A stretch of 64,000 nucleotides of DNA from Nitrospirota bacterium. Its GTDB lineage: Bacteria > Nitrospirota > Thermodesulfovibrionia > Thermodesulfovibrionales > Dissulfurispiraceae. The notes beneath the pieces were generated by a model. The model was not told the origin of the DNA. It saw only the letters and a program-made list of their open reading frames with translations, and ran no database searches. Shown here one piece after another: positions 49,031 to 57,514 of the stretch. The position numbers were made by a program, and so were the translations under genes. Position 1 is the first letter of the stretch, and each line of letters begins with the position of its first letter. Where the stretch lies: assembly GCA_963790025.1 (NCBI GenBank), contig CAWBMP010000004.1, positions 1,248,001 through 1,312,000 of the forward strand, given 5' to 3'.

Positions 49031-50341
49031 ATGATAACGGAATATATCTCCGGCAGAAAAAAAATAGCGGTTGTGGGCATGGGATATGTCGGCCTGCCCT
49101 TGTGTGCGGGGTTGGGCAGGGCGTTTAAGGGTGTAATAGGTTTCGACATCAGCGAATCCCGGATAAAGGAGTTGACGTCGGGATTTGACAGGACCGAGGA
49201 AATATCTGCTGAAGACATACTTGCTGCATCTATCGAATTCACGGCACAGCCCTCCAAGTTAAGAGAAGCCTCCGTTATTATTGTTGCAGTGCCCACCCCA
49301 ATAAATCCCCACAAGATGCCTGATCTAAGGCCTCTTGAATCGGCTTCCGGGACAGTTGGGAAGAATCTTACTAAAGGTTCGGTTGTTGTTTATGAATCAA
49401 CAGTTTACCCGGGGGTAACCGAGGAGATATGCGGCCCCATACTGGAGCTGCATTCGGGACTGAAGGCCGGTAGCGGCTTTAAACTAGGGTATTCCCCTGA
49501 GAGGATAAACCCGGGCGACAGGCAGCACAACCTGCAGACCATAGTAAAAGTGGTTGCCGGGCAGGACAGCGAGACCACAGATCTGCTTGCCGGCATATAT
49601 GGAAGTGTTGTAAAAGCCGGGGTTCACCGCGCCCCTGACATACGCACTGCCGAAGCTGCCAAAGTTATAGAGAACATCCAGCGTGACCTCAACATAGCGT
49701 TGATCAATGAACTGTCGGTCATTTTTCATCTCATCGGGATCGATACCGGGAAAGTGCTTGAGGCCGCAGCAACAAAGTGGAACTTCCTGCCTTTTCAGCC
49801 GGGTCTGGTGGGGGGGCACTGTATTGGCGTAGACCCTTACTATCTCACTTTCAAGGCCCAGGAGGTCGGCTATCACCCGGAGGTGATACTGGCGGGAAGA
49901 AGAATTAACGATTACATGGGGAGATATATTGCGGAGCAGACCATAAAAGAGCTTATAAAGACGGGCATCGCGGTAAAAGGAAGCAGGATATTAATTATGG
50001 GCTTCACCTTTAAGGAAAACGTGAAGGATGTGCGCAATACAAGGGTGATTGACATCTATAACGAACTTCTGGAGTACGGAGTGAGACCTTTCATTATCGA
50101 TCCGGAGGCCGAAAAAAACGAGGTGAAGGCTGAGTACGGTATTGACCTTATTGAGAAGCCGCAAGATTATTCCCCCTATGAAGGCATTATTGCTGCGGTC
50201 CAGCATGAAAAGTTCACCAAATTCTCTATGGAATACCTCAGGTCGCTTTGTAATACCAGCCCTGTTCTAATTGACGTAAAAGGAGTTTTCGATAAGCATA
50301 CAGCCGCAGCTGCCGGTTTCAGCGGATACTGGAGGCTATGA
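49031..50341 (+). CDS. UDP-N-acetylhexosamine dehydrogenase (WbpO/TviB family)
   Basis: GMGYVG, VPTP, YESTVYPG, YSPERINPGD, GGHCIGVDPYY. Confidence 0.92.
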   Translation: MITEYISGRKKIAVVGMGYVGLPLCAGLGRAFKGVIGFDISESRIKELTSGFDRTEEISAEDILAASIEFTAQPSKLREASVIIVAVPTPINPHKMPDLRPLESASGTVGKNLTKGSVVVYESTVYPGVTEEICGPILELHSGLKAGSGFKLGYSPERINPGDRQHNLQTIVKVVAGQDSETTDLLAGIYGSVVKAGVHRAPDIRTAEAAKVIENIQRDLNIALINELSVIFHLIGIDTGKVLEAAATKWNFLPFQPGLVGGHCIGVDPYYLTFKAQEVGYHPEVILAGRRINDYMGRYIAEQTIKELIKTGIAVKGSRILIMGFTFKENVKDVRNTRVIDIYNELLEYGVRPFIIDPEAEKNEVKAEYGIDLIEKPQDYSPYEGIIAAVQHEKFTKFSMEYLRSLCNTSPVLIDVKGVFDKHTAAAAGFSGYWRL

Positions 50342-50355
50342 AGGCAAAAAACATG

Positions 50356-50507
50356 AACCACAGAGCACACAGAGATTTTTCTCTTAGCACTGAAAGAACT
50401 AAACTACGGAGAACACAGAGATATTTCTGCGGTAGGCATATTTCTCCGTGTACTGTATTTTTAGGTTTTGTTTTTCTTGAAATATTAATTTTCTCTGTGT
50501 CCTCTGT
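50356..50507. repeat. Nonamer-unit inverted-repeat element
   Basis: AACCACAGAGCACACAGAGA..ACGGAGAACACAGAGA / TCTCCGTGT..TCTCTGTGTCCTCTGT. Confidence 0.7.
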
Positions 50508-50521
50508 ATTTGACGCGGCCT

Positions 50522-51508
50522 TTAGCCGCCTATTCTTGACATAGGCTTCAGGTGGGCAAAACTTTTTTCGTGATTTATGGCGTGCCCCTTCGGTTTGATC
50601 TCGACAGAAAGCCGGAGAAGCCTTTCGATTTCTTCATCAGAAGCACCTGATCTCATGACCGATCTCAGATCGATTTCCGTCTCGGAAAACAGGCAGGGCC
50701 TGAGCTTTCCCTCGGACGTTAACCTGAGACGGTTGCAGGAATTGCAGAAATGGTGGGTTATAGGGCTTATGAAACCTATTACACCAGGTGCGTTCTCGAA
50801 GCGGTAATACCTGGCAGGACCCGATCTCCTCAGCTTCACAGGATTGAGCGGCGCTACAGCTGAGACCCGTCTCTTGATTTCCTCAGTCGAAATATATTTG
50901 TCCTGGCCCCATAGCTCGCTCCCACCCATAGGCATAAATTCTATAAAGCGCACATGAAAGGGCGTTTTAATGGTTAATTGTGCGAAGGCCTCTATCTCAT
51001 CATCGTTACACCCTCTCACTGGCACCATATTCAGTTTTATGGGTGATAATCCAGCCTGTTGGGCCTCGTATATGCCTTCAAAAACATCATCAATGTTTCC
51101 ACCCCTGGTTATTTCCCTGTATTTATCGGCCTTGAGGGAATCGAGGCTTACATTGATCCTGTTCAGCCCCGCAACAGCAAGCTCGCCGATATGTTTCCGG
51201 AGCAGTACGCCGTTAGTGGTAAGGCTTATATCTTCAATGCCTTTTATAGCATGTATAGAAGCGATCAGGAAAGAAAGATTTTTCCTGATGAGCGGTTCCC
51301 CACCGGTAATGCGAATTTTATTGACCCCGAGTTTTGCAGCGATGTTAACGATCCGTAAAATTTCTTCATATCGAAGAATATCTTTATGTGCCAACGGCTT
51401 TATTCCCTCCGAAGGCATACAATATGTGCAGCGCAAATTGCAGCGGTCAATTACGGATATGCGCATGTAATCGATAACGCGACTGTACTTGTCCTGAATA
51501 CCTTCCAT
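50522..51508 (-). CDS. moaA: GTP 3',8-cyclase
   Basis: RISVIDRCNLRCTYCMP, TGGEP, FCNSCNRLR, C-terminal MSRIGG. Confidence 0.97.
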   Translation of the reverse strand: MEGIQDKYSRVIDYMRISVIDRCNLRCTYCMPSEGIKPLAHKDILRYEEILRIVNIAAKLGVNKIRITGGEPLIRKNLSFLIASIHAIKGIEDISLTTNGVLLRKHIGELAVAGLNRINVSLDSLKADKYREITRGGNIDDVFEGIYEAQQAGLSPIKLNMVPVRGCNDDEIEAFAQLTIKTPFHVRFIEFMPMGGSELWGQDKYISTEEIKRRVSAVAPLNPVKLRRSGPARYYRFENAPGVIGFISPITHHFCNSCNRLRLTSEGKLRPCLFSETEIDLRSVMRSGASDEEIERLLRLSVEIKPKGHAINHEKSFAHLKPMSRIGG

Positions 51509-51576
51509 ATTACTATATTATAGTGAGGATACTGCGATTAAGAAAGAAAAAACGCAGCCGTAAAAAAGTTAACACC

Positions 51577-51716
51577 GACGGTTTCGTAAAAAGTTCAAAG
51601 GCAAGGCGCGCAAATACTGAGGAATGAGGCGTACTTTTTGGTACGCCGAATGGGTCCCAAAAAGTCCGAGACTTTTTGGGGCAGGACTAAGCATATGAGC
51701 TTGTTACGAAGCCGTC
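51577..51716 (+). mobile_element. ~140-bp MITE-like element with nested 30-bp hairpin (51652-51682)
   Basis: Terminal IR GACGGTTTCGTAA/TTACGAAGCCGTC; homologous to 11311-11435; overlaps the cpoB stop codon. Confidence 0.75.
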
Positions 51717-52662
51717 ATTTCTTCTTTTTCTTTTTGCTGGCAAACACTTCGGCAATCTTCTTCAGGGCGGCGTCGGCCTCTGCTGATTGAGGATACTTTT
51801 CAATGAGCCGTTCCAATATCACCTTGCCGGTCTTTTTATCGCCGCTCTCGATAAAGGCATATCCCTGCTTAAGCATGGCTGCTCTTACCTTATCGTGAGA
51901 TGGATATTTTTTCAGGAAATTTTCATAGGTGAGAATAGCATCCTCGTATTTCTTTTGATCGTAATAGGTCTCACCTATCCAGAACCAGGCGTATGGAGTC
52001 AGGGTGTGCTTGGGAAAATCATTCGTGATCTTTTCAAATTTTTGCCTTGCCTCGGCATAGTGCTTCCCCTTGACATCTATTTGCGCGTCATCGTAAAGCT
52101 TCTGGGGAACAGTATAATCGGTTGAAGCAGGGGTCTTCTGCTCTGCGAGAGGAGTTCCACCAGCAGGCGACGTGACCTCAGGGGCGGATGCAGCGGTCGG
52201 CATCTGCTGACTGCCGTTTGTCTTAAGTGCCTTTACCTCGTTTTCGAGGCTGGCGATCCGGGCCTGCTGCAGATCTTTTTCAGCAAGCAGGTCTTTTATG
52301 GTCTTGTCAACGTTGTACTTATTCTCGTCAAAGCGGCCTTCAAGCACCTGAATAGCTTTTGACAAGTCGCTTACCTGTGAGAGCAGTGACGACTGGCTCT
52401 CCTTCAAGGCGCCGACTCCCTGCTCTTTTATTAAGGTAACATCGTGTGACATGCCATCTACCGAGGCTTTCAACTGGTCGATTTGAACCCTTTGAACGTC
52501 GATATTTTTTTGGAGGGATTCAATGTCACTGGTGCTTGCACAACCCGATAGCATTGGGATACAAAGTGATAATAAACCACAAAGAACACAGAGTTTTGTA
52601 AAAATGAGTTCGCAGAACTTTTTATTGGTTTTAAAAAAATTTACTCCTTCCGGTGCTATCAT
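51715..52662 (-). CDS. cpoB: Tol-Pal system protein CpoB/YbgF
   Basis: Lipobox LSGC, coiled coil, TPR (AWFWIGETYY, AMLKQG); downstream of pal. Confidence 0.85.
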   Translation of the reverse strand: MIAPEGVNFFKTNKKFCELIFTKLCVLCGLLSLCIPMLSGCASTSDIESLQKNIDVQRVQIDQLKASVDGMSHDVTLIKEQGVGALKESQSSLLSQVSDLSKAIQVLEGRFDENKYNVDKTIKDLLAEKDLQQARIASLENEVKALKTNGSQQMPTAASAPEVTSPAGGTPLAEQKTPASTDYTVPQKLYDDAQIDVKGKHYAEARQKFEKITNDFPKHTLTPYAWFWIGETYYDQKKYEDAILTYENFLKKYPSHDKVRAAMLKQGYAFIESGDKKTGKVILERLIEKYPQSAEADAALKKIAEVFASKKKKKK

Positions 52663-52686
52663 CCCTCTCCTTTGTGAACTGGCTTA

Positions 52687-52794
52687 TAAGCCGGGCCTCC
52701 AGGCCCGGCTTAAGGCCCGGCCTGGAGGCCCATACTTCTGGCTACTATTGGTGGCTACTGTGGCCTAAGGCCCCTACTGTTGGTGGCTGTGGTT
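52687..52794. repeat. Compound GC-rich palindrome plus motif shared with 4724-4754
   Basis: TAAGCCGGGCCT-CC-AGGCCCGGCTTA; alternative IR GGGCCTCCAGGCC/GGCCTGGAGGCCC; TGGCCTAAGG..TGTTGGT..TGTGGTT. Confidence 0.6.
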
Positions 52795-52802
52795 AAACTG
52801 CA

Positions 52803-53342
52803 TTATTTGGCTTCAGTCAAGACAAAATGGTCCCTTCTGTTTTTTGCCCAGCACTCCTCGGTGCTATCCGTGCAAAGCGGCTTCTCTTTTCCATAACTTA
52901 TTGTCTTTGTCCTCTCGGATGGGATACCGAGTGAAACAAGGAAAGACTTTGCCGAGTTTGCTCTCCTTTCACCAAGTGCGAGGTTATATTCACTGGTGCC
53001 TCTTTCATCGCAGTTCCCTTCGATTACGACATGTGTTTTAGCGTTTGTCGAGAGCATCTGTGCCAGGTTCTTCAGTATTGGCTTGGCCTCATCTTTGATA
53101 TCTGATTTATCGAAATCGAAATGAATGTCTTCGACCGTTGTCGTCAGTTCTCTTTCAGCCTGTCTTTCTACAGCCTGTTGGGCCGGTGCGGCAGGCGCCT
53201 CCATGGTCTGCGGGGCCTCGGCTTTTGGAGCAGGAGCAACCTCTTTCGGTTGTTCCGGGGCCTGGGTAACCTGCTTTTGAGCACAGCCTATAAGGGCTAT
53301 CATGCCGAGAATGAATAAAACTGCAACAAATAAACGTTTCAT
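52803..53342 (-). CDS. pal: Peptidoglycan-associated lipoprotein
   Basis: Lipobox LIGC, IHFDFDKS, EGNCDERGTSEYNLALGERRA, SYGKEKP, KNRR. Confidence 0.96.
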   Translation of the reverse strand: MKRLFVAVLFILGMIALIGCAQKQVTQAPEQPKEVAPAPKAEAPQTMEAPAAPAQQAVERQAERELTTTVEDIHFDFDKSDIKDEAKPILKNLAQMLSTNAKTHVVIEGNCDERGTSEYNLALGERRANSAKSFLVSLGIPSERTKTISYGKEKPLCTDSTEECWAKNRRDHFVLTEAK

Positions 53343-53427
53343 TATGTTCCTCCTTGAGTTAAAGATTGTTATAATTTAACAGATATCATGTATCTATGCA
53401 ATATTTGCCAAATCAGCAAAAATCAAA

Positions 53428-53874
53428 TCAGCATAACGAATAACGCGATAAAGGGGGCGAGATGTCTGAATAAAGGGTAAGAGGCTTTTCATGCAGCAAG
53501 GTCCTGCTGTCGCCTTCCGGCAAAGCACAGGCTTCACCCTCAGGCATAGTTATACCATGAGCAACAGGCATATGTTCCCGTTCCGGGGTTTTTCTGATTA
53601 TATTGTCTGTGGGCAGGACAGCCCTTTTTTTCAAAAAAATGATCCTGACAGCGGACTGGGAACTCCCGCTGCATGGGTGGTGAGTAATTGTTGAGCCGAT
53701 CAGTTCCAGAAGAAACAGACGGGGCATTATTATATCAACTCCGGCTGGCTCCTCAAATGCTCTGTTCAGCTGCTCACCCATGAGGGTATACGAAAGAGTT
53801 GAGACAGTAAAGAGTAAAAAGTATGACAGAAAAACAGAATGAAACAGACGGCATTTCCCCGCATCCGCACACAT
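53428..53874 (-). CDS. Hypothetical protein with N-terminal hydrophobic segment
   Basis: 148-aa ORF filling the gap upstream of pal, same strand; no recognised domain. Confidence 0.4.
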   Translation of the reverse strand: MCADAGKCRLFHSVFLSYFLLFTVSTLSYTLMGEQLNRAFEEPAGVDIIMPRLFLLELIGSTITHHPCSGSSQSAVRIIFLKKRAVLPTDNIIRKTPEREHMPVAHGITMPEGEACALPEGDSRTLLHEKPLTLYSDISPPLSRYSLC

Positions 53875-54198
53875 GGGGAAATATTAACAAAAACCTATAG
53901 CCGGTAGCAAGCTGTAACTAAAAAGCGGCTAAGGGTCCCCCGCCTATAAAACTTTATTATATGGCCTTAAAAAACTTAAACTATCAAGAAATGCGTCTTG
54001 TATTGTAGTATGGCCGATATATTGGTTAATTTGTTATAATAAAGTTTTCGCGAATGGGTAGCTATGGCCATGCAAATAACTTTGGTTTAATAACAGTAAC
54101 TGTGCTGCATGCACTTTGATGAAAGACCACCTCTGCGATGGGTGGTGCATATTGCGTGCAAGAGTGAATCCAATTAAGTTATAAGGAGGATGTTTAGG

Positions 54199-55059
54199 AT
54201 GAAGGGCAATGTCCTTGTGGTTGATGATGAACAAATTGTACTCAAGAGCTGTGAGAGGGTACTTGTCCCCGAAGGTTTTGGGGTTAATATCGCTTTTTCG
54301 GCAGAAGAAGCCATCGGCTTGCTGGATAAAAACACATATGACCTTATTATTACCGATCTGAAGATGCCCGGGATGAACGGCCTGGAATTTATGGCAACAG
54401 TACGGGCCAAGGACCCGAATATTAATTTCGTAGTTATAACAGGCTACCCTTCACAGGAGAGCATAAAAGAGTCTTTGAATTTAAGAATAATCGATTACCT
54501 GCCTAAACCGTTTTCGCCGGCATTGCTTCTTGAGGTCGCCAACAAGGGAGTGGTATTCAAGCAAAAAGGCGCTGCCCCTGAAAGCAAGGATGATGTTTAC
54601 AATGCTGAAGCCGCCGGAAAGCTGGACGCAATAATACGCAACTATAAGAATAAACCCGGCAGCCTGATCCCGGTGCTCCAGGAAGCGCAGGAACTTATCG
54701 GCTTCCTCCCCCCTGTTGTGCAGCGGCACGTTGCGCGGGGCCTCGGAGTACCTGTAAGTGAAGTGCATGGCGTAGTTTCATTTTATTCTTTCTTTACAAT
54801 GAAGCCCAAGGGCAAGCACAATGTTAGAGTTTGTCTTGGCACAGCCTGCTATGTAAAAGGAGCTGAAGAAATTGTCAAGAAGTTCTCTGACGGTCTCCAC
54901 ATAGAAGTTGGCGGCATCACGGAAGACAAGAAATTCTCTCTTGAGACGGTGAGGTGCCTCGGCGCTTGTGGTCTTGCACCTGTCGTGGTAGTGGACAAGA
55001 ATGACACATACGGACATGTCAACCCTGTCAAGGTGCTGGATTTACTGAAAGACTATTAA
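54199..55059 (+). CDS. Receiver domain fused to NuoE/HydC-like [2Fe-2S] subunit
   Basis: LVVDDE, ITDLKMP, ITGY, PKPF; then LIPVLQEAQ, VVSFYSFF, VCLGTAC, RCLGAC. Confidence 0.9.
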   Translation: MKGNVLVVDDEQIVLKSCERVLVPEGFGVNIAFSAEEAIGLLDKNTYDLIITDLKMPGMNGLEFMATVRAKDPNINFVVITGYPSQESIKESLNLRIIDYLPKPFSPALLLEVANKGVVFKQKGAAPESKDDVYNAEAAGKLDAIIRNYKNKPGSLIPVLQEAQELIGFLPPVVQRHVARGLGVPVSEVHGVVSFYSFFTMKPKGKHNVRVCLGTACYVKGAEEIVKKFSDGLHIEVGGITEDKKFSLETVRCLGACGLAPVVVVDKNDTYGHVNPVKVLDLLKDY

Positions 55060-55066
55060 AAAACGA

Positions 55067-55122
55067 TAGAGGGTAGAGGACAGAGGTTTGAGGCCTCAAA
55101 CCTCCAATTTCTTTCCTCCAAC
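55067..55122. repeat. Heptamer-unit (xxxGAGG) hairpin
   Basis: TAGAGGGTAGAGGACAGAGGTTTGAGG-CCTCAAACCTCCAA..CCTCCAAC. Confidence 0.6.
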
Positions 55123-55143
55123 ATGAATTTTTAAGGAGGCTAT

Positions 55144-55527
55144 ATGTCCAGAATAACGGTTGATGATTTAAAGCGGATAAAGGAAGAGCATAAAGCTGCA
55201 TTTACCCTCCGGGAAGGTGGCAGCAGGGCAAGAATAACCGTTCATATGGGCACTTGCGGGATCGCCGCAGGTGCGCGGAAGGTGATGGAGGCGCTTCTTG
55301 ATGAGATCAGCAAGAGCAATGTCAATGACGTCGCGGTTACCACATCGGGATGTGCCGGATTCTGCAGCAGGGAGCCTATGGCAACGGTTGAGCTTCTCAA
55401 CGAGGCGCCGGTGAAATATGGTTTCCTCAATGAAGAAAAAATACGAAAAATATTTCAGGAGCATGTATTAAAAGGGCAACCGGTCGAAGAATATGCCCTT
55501 GTGTTGGGCAGTGAGACTGCATATTAA
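55144..55527 (+). CDS. Thioredoxin-like [2Fe-2S] ferredoxin (HndB/HydD-like)
   Basis: VHMGTCGIAAGA, SGCAGFCSREP, EHVLKG. Confidence 0.88.
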   Translation: MSRITVDDLKRIKEEHKAAFTLREGGSRARITVHMGTCGIAAGARKVMEALLDEISKSNVNDVAVTTSGCAGFCSREPMATVELLNEAPVKYGFLNEEKIRKIFQEHVLKGQPVEEYALVLGSETAY

Positions 55528-55530
55528 AAA

Positions 55531-55610
55531 CAGGCGATAGGCAATAGGCAATTGGCTATAGGCGATAGGTGCTTTTTTCCTATAGCCTATAGCCCATAAC
55601 CTATAGCCTG
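55531..55610. repeat. Heptamer (GGCNATA)n inverted-repeat hairpin
   Basis: AGGCGATAGGCAATAGGCAATTGGCTATAGGCGATAGG / CCTATAGCCTATAGCCCATAACCTATAGCCT. Confidence 0.8.
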
Positions 55611-55624
55611 ATTTTATAGGAGGA

Positions 55625-57508
55625 ATGATGGAAACGTATCGTGCAAGTGTCATGCTATGTGGAGGCACCGGCTGTATAGCCGGCGGCAGTTTAAAGCTGA
55701 AGAAAGCACTTGATGAAGAGATAAAGCGCAGGGAGCTTGATAATGAAATAAATGTTGTCCTGACCGGCTGCAACGGCTTCTGCGCAGAGGGGCCGGTGAT
55801 GACAGTGTATCCCGATGATATTTTCTATGAAAAGGTCACGGTAGCCGATGTGCCTTTGCTCATCGAAGAACACTTTATCAAAGGCAGGCCTGTGGAGCGG
55901 CTCATGTATAAGGAGCCCATAAAGAAACAAACCATACCGCTCATGAAGGAGATTCCCTTCTTCAGCCTTCAGGTACTCAGGGCCTTGCGGAACAAGGGGT
56001 TGATCGATGCGGAAAAGATAGATGAGTATATTGCGCGCGACGGATACCAGGCTGCGGCAAAGGCGCTGACCGAAATGACTCCCGAGCAGGTAATAGACGA
56101 AGTCAAGAAGTCGGGTGTTCGCGGCAGAGGCGGAGCCGGCTTCCCCACCGGCCTGAAATGGGAGTTTTGCGCCAAGGTCAAGAACGACCAGAAGTATATT
56201 CTGTGCAACGGCGATGAGGGCGACCCGGGTGCGTTTATGGACAGGAGCGTGATGGAGGCCGACCCTCACGTTGTCCTCGAAGGAATGATCATAGGCGCAA
56301 AGGCAATTGGAGCTAACAAAGGATACATATACGTCAGGGCCGAATACCCGCTGGCAGTGCACAGACTGCAGATTGCCATAGATCAGGCAAAGGAATACGG
56401 CCTTCTCGGCGACAATATTCTGGGTACCGGGTTTAATCTTGATATCGAGATTTATCAGGGTGCAGGCGCATTCGTATGCGGTGAAGAGACAGCGCTCATG
56501 CGTTCCCTGGAGGGCAAGCGCGGCATGCCGAGGCCCAGACCTCCGTTCCCGGCCGTTAAAGGATTGTGGGACAAGCCTACGGTGCTCAACAATGTGGAGA
56601 CTTATGCAAACATTCCTCCTATAATTCTGAACGGCGCAGAGTGGTACAGGACCCTCGGCACCGAGAAGTCGGCAGGCACGAAGGTGTTTGCGCTGAGCGG
56701 CGCGATAAGCAATATAGGATTGATCGAGGTGCCGATGGGTATACCTCTCAGGAAAATAATTTTTGACATTGGAGGGGGCATCCCCAAGGGGAGACAATTC
56801 AAGGCGGTACAGCTTGGAGGGCCCTCGGGCGGTTGTATCCCGGAGCATCTTCTCGATACCCCGGTCACCTATGAGGACATCGTGAAGACAGGGGCCATTA
56901 TCGGGTCCGGCGGCATGGTGGTTATGAATGACCTGAACTGCATGGTCAGCGTTGCAAAGTTCTTTCTCGAGTTCACCGCTGAAGAATCGTGCGGCAAGTG
57001 CACGCCCTGCAGGGTCGGTACTACAGTCATGCTGGATATGCTGGATAAAATCACCAAAGGGAAAGGAAAAGAAGGTGACATAGAGCTGCTGCAGGACATG
57101 TCCCTTGATATTATTGCGTCATCGCTCTGCGGCCTCGGACAGACGGCGCCGAACCCCGTATTGACGACAATAAAATATTTCAGGGATGAATACGAGTCCC
57201 ACATTAAAGATAAGTGGTGCAAGACAGGCGTATGCAAGGAACTCTGCACATTCTATATTGAAGAAGAGAAATGCAAAGGCTGCGGTGTCTGCAAACGTGT
57301 GTGCCCCCAGAAGGCGATCGCCGGTGAGAAGAAGGTGCCGCACCGCATCGACCAGTCACTGTGCATACAGTGCCGTTCGTGCTATGAAGTCTGCAAGTTC
57401 GGCTGCGTGCAAATAGGCCCTCTGAGCATGCGTAACGAACTTCTTGAACAGTGGGTCGGGGCAGCCGGAGCTGCCAAGACAGTGACACTGTCGGGAAAGG
57501 AGGAATAA
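55625..57508 (+). CDS. NuoF/HydB/HndC-like FMN-NAD(P)H binding subunit
   Basis: N-terminal CGGTGC..GCNGFC, RGRGGAGFPTG, NGDEGDPGAFMDR, CGEET, ESCGKCTPCR, C-terminal 2x[4Fe-4S]. Confidence 0.93.
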   Translation: MMETYRASVMLCGGTGCIAGGSLKLKKALDEEIKRRELDNEINVVLTGCNGFCAEGPVMTVYPDDIFYEKVTVADVPLLIEEHFIKGRPVERLMYKEPIKKQTIPLMKEIPFFSLQVLRALRNKGLIDAEKIDEYIARDGYQAAAKALTEMTPEQVIDEVKKSGVRGRGGAGFPTGLKWEFCAKVKNDQKYILCNGDEGDPGAFMDRSVMEADPHVVLEGMIIGAKAIGANKGYIYVRAEYPLAVHRLQIAIDQAKEYGLLGDNILGTGFNLDIEIYQGAGAFVCGEETALMRSLEGKRGMPRPRPPFPAVKGLWDKPTVLNNVETYANIPPIILNGAEWYRTLGTEKSAGTKVFALSGAISNIGLIEVPMGIPLRKIIFDIGGGIPKGRQFKAVQLGGPSGGCIPEHLLDTPVTYEDIVKTGAIIGSGGMVVMNDLNCMVSVAKFFLEFTAEESCGKCTPCRVGTTVMLDMLDKITKGKGKEGDIELLQDMSLDIIASSLCGLGQTAPNPVLTTIKYFRDEYESHIKDKWCKTGVCKELCTFYIEEEKCKGCGVCKRVCPQKAIAGEKKVPHRIDQSLCIQCRSCYEVCKFGCVQIGPLSMRNELLEQWVGAAGAAKTVTLSGKEE

Positions 57509-57514
57509 AACATT

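Noticed and set aside
50338..50544. 68-aa ORF (NHRAHRD..RRTQR..FSVSSV)
   Set aside because: It is the translation of the nonamer repeat element and overlaps moaA; not credible as a gene
55531..55610. CRISPR array
   Set aside because: Contiguous 7-mers in inverted arms with no unique spacers, and no cas genes in the window
55691..56848. 385-aa antisense ORF, and similar shadow ORFs across the window
   Set aside because: Lies opposite a highly conserved gene; expected by-product of codon bias
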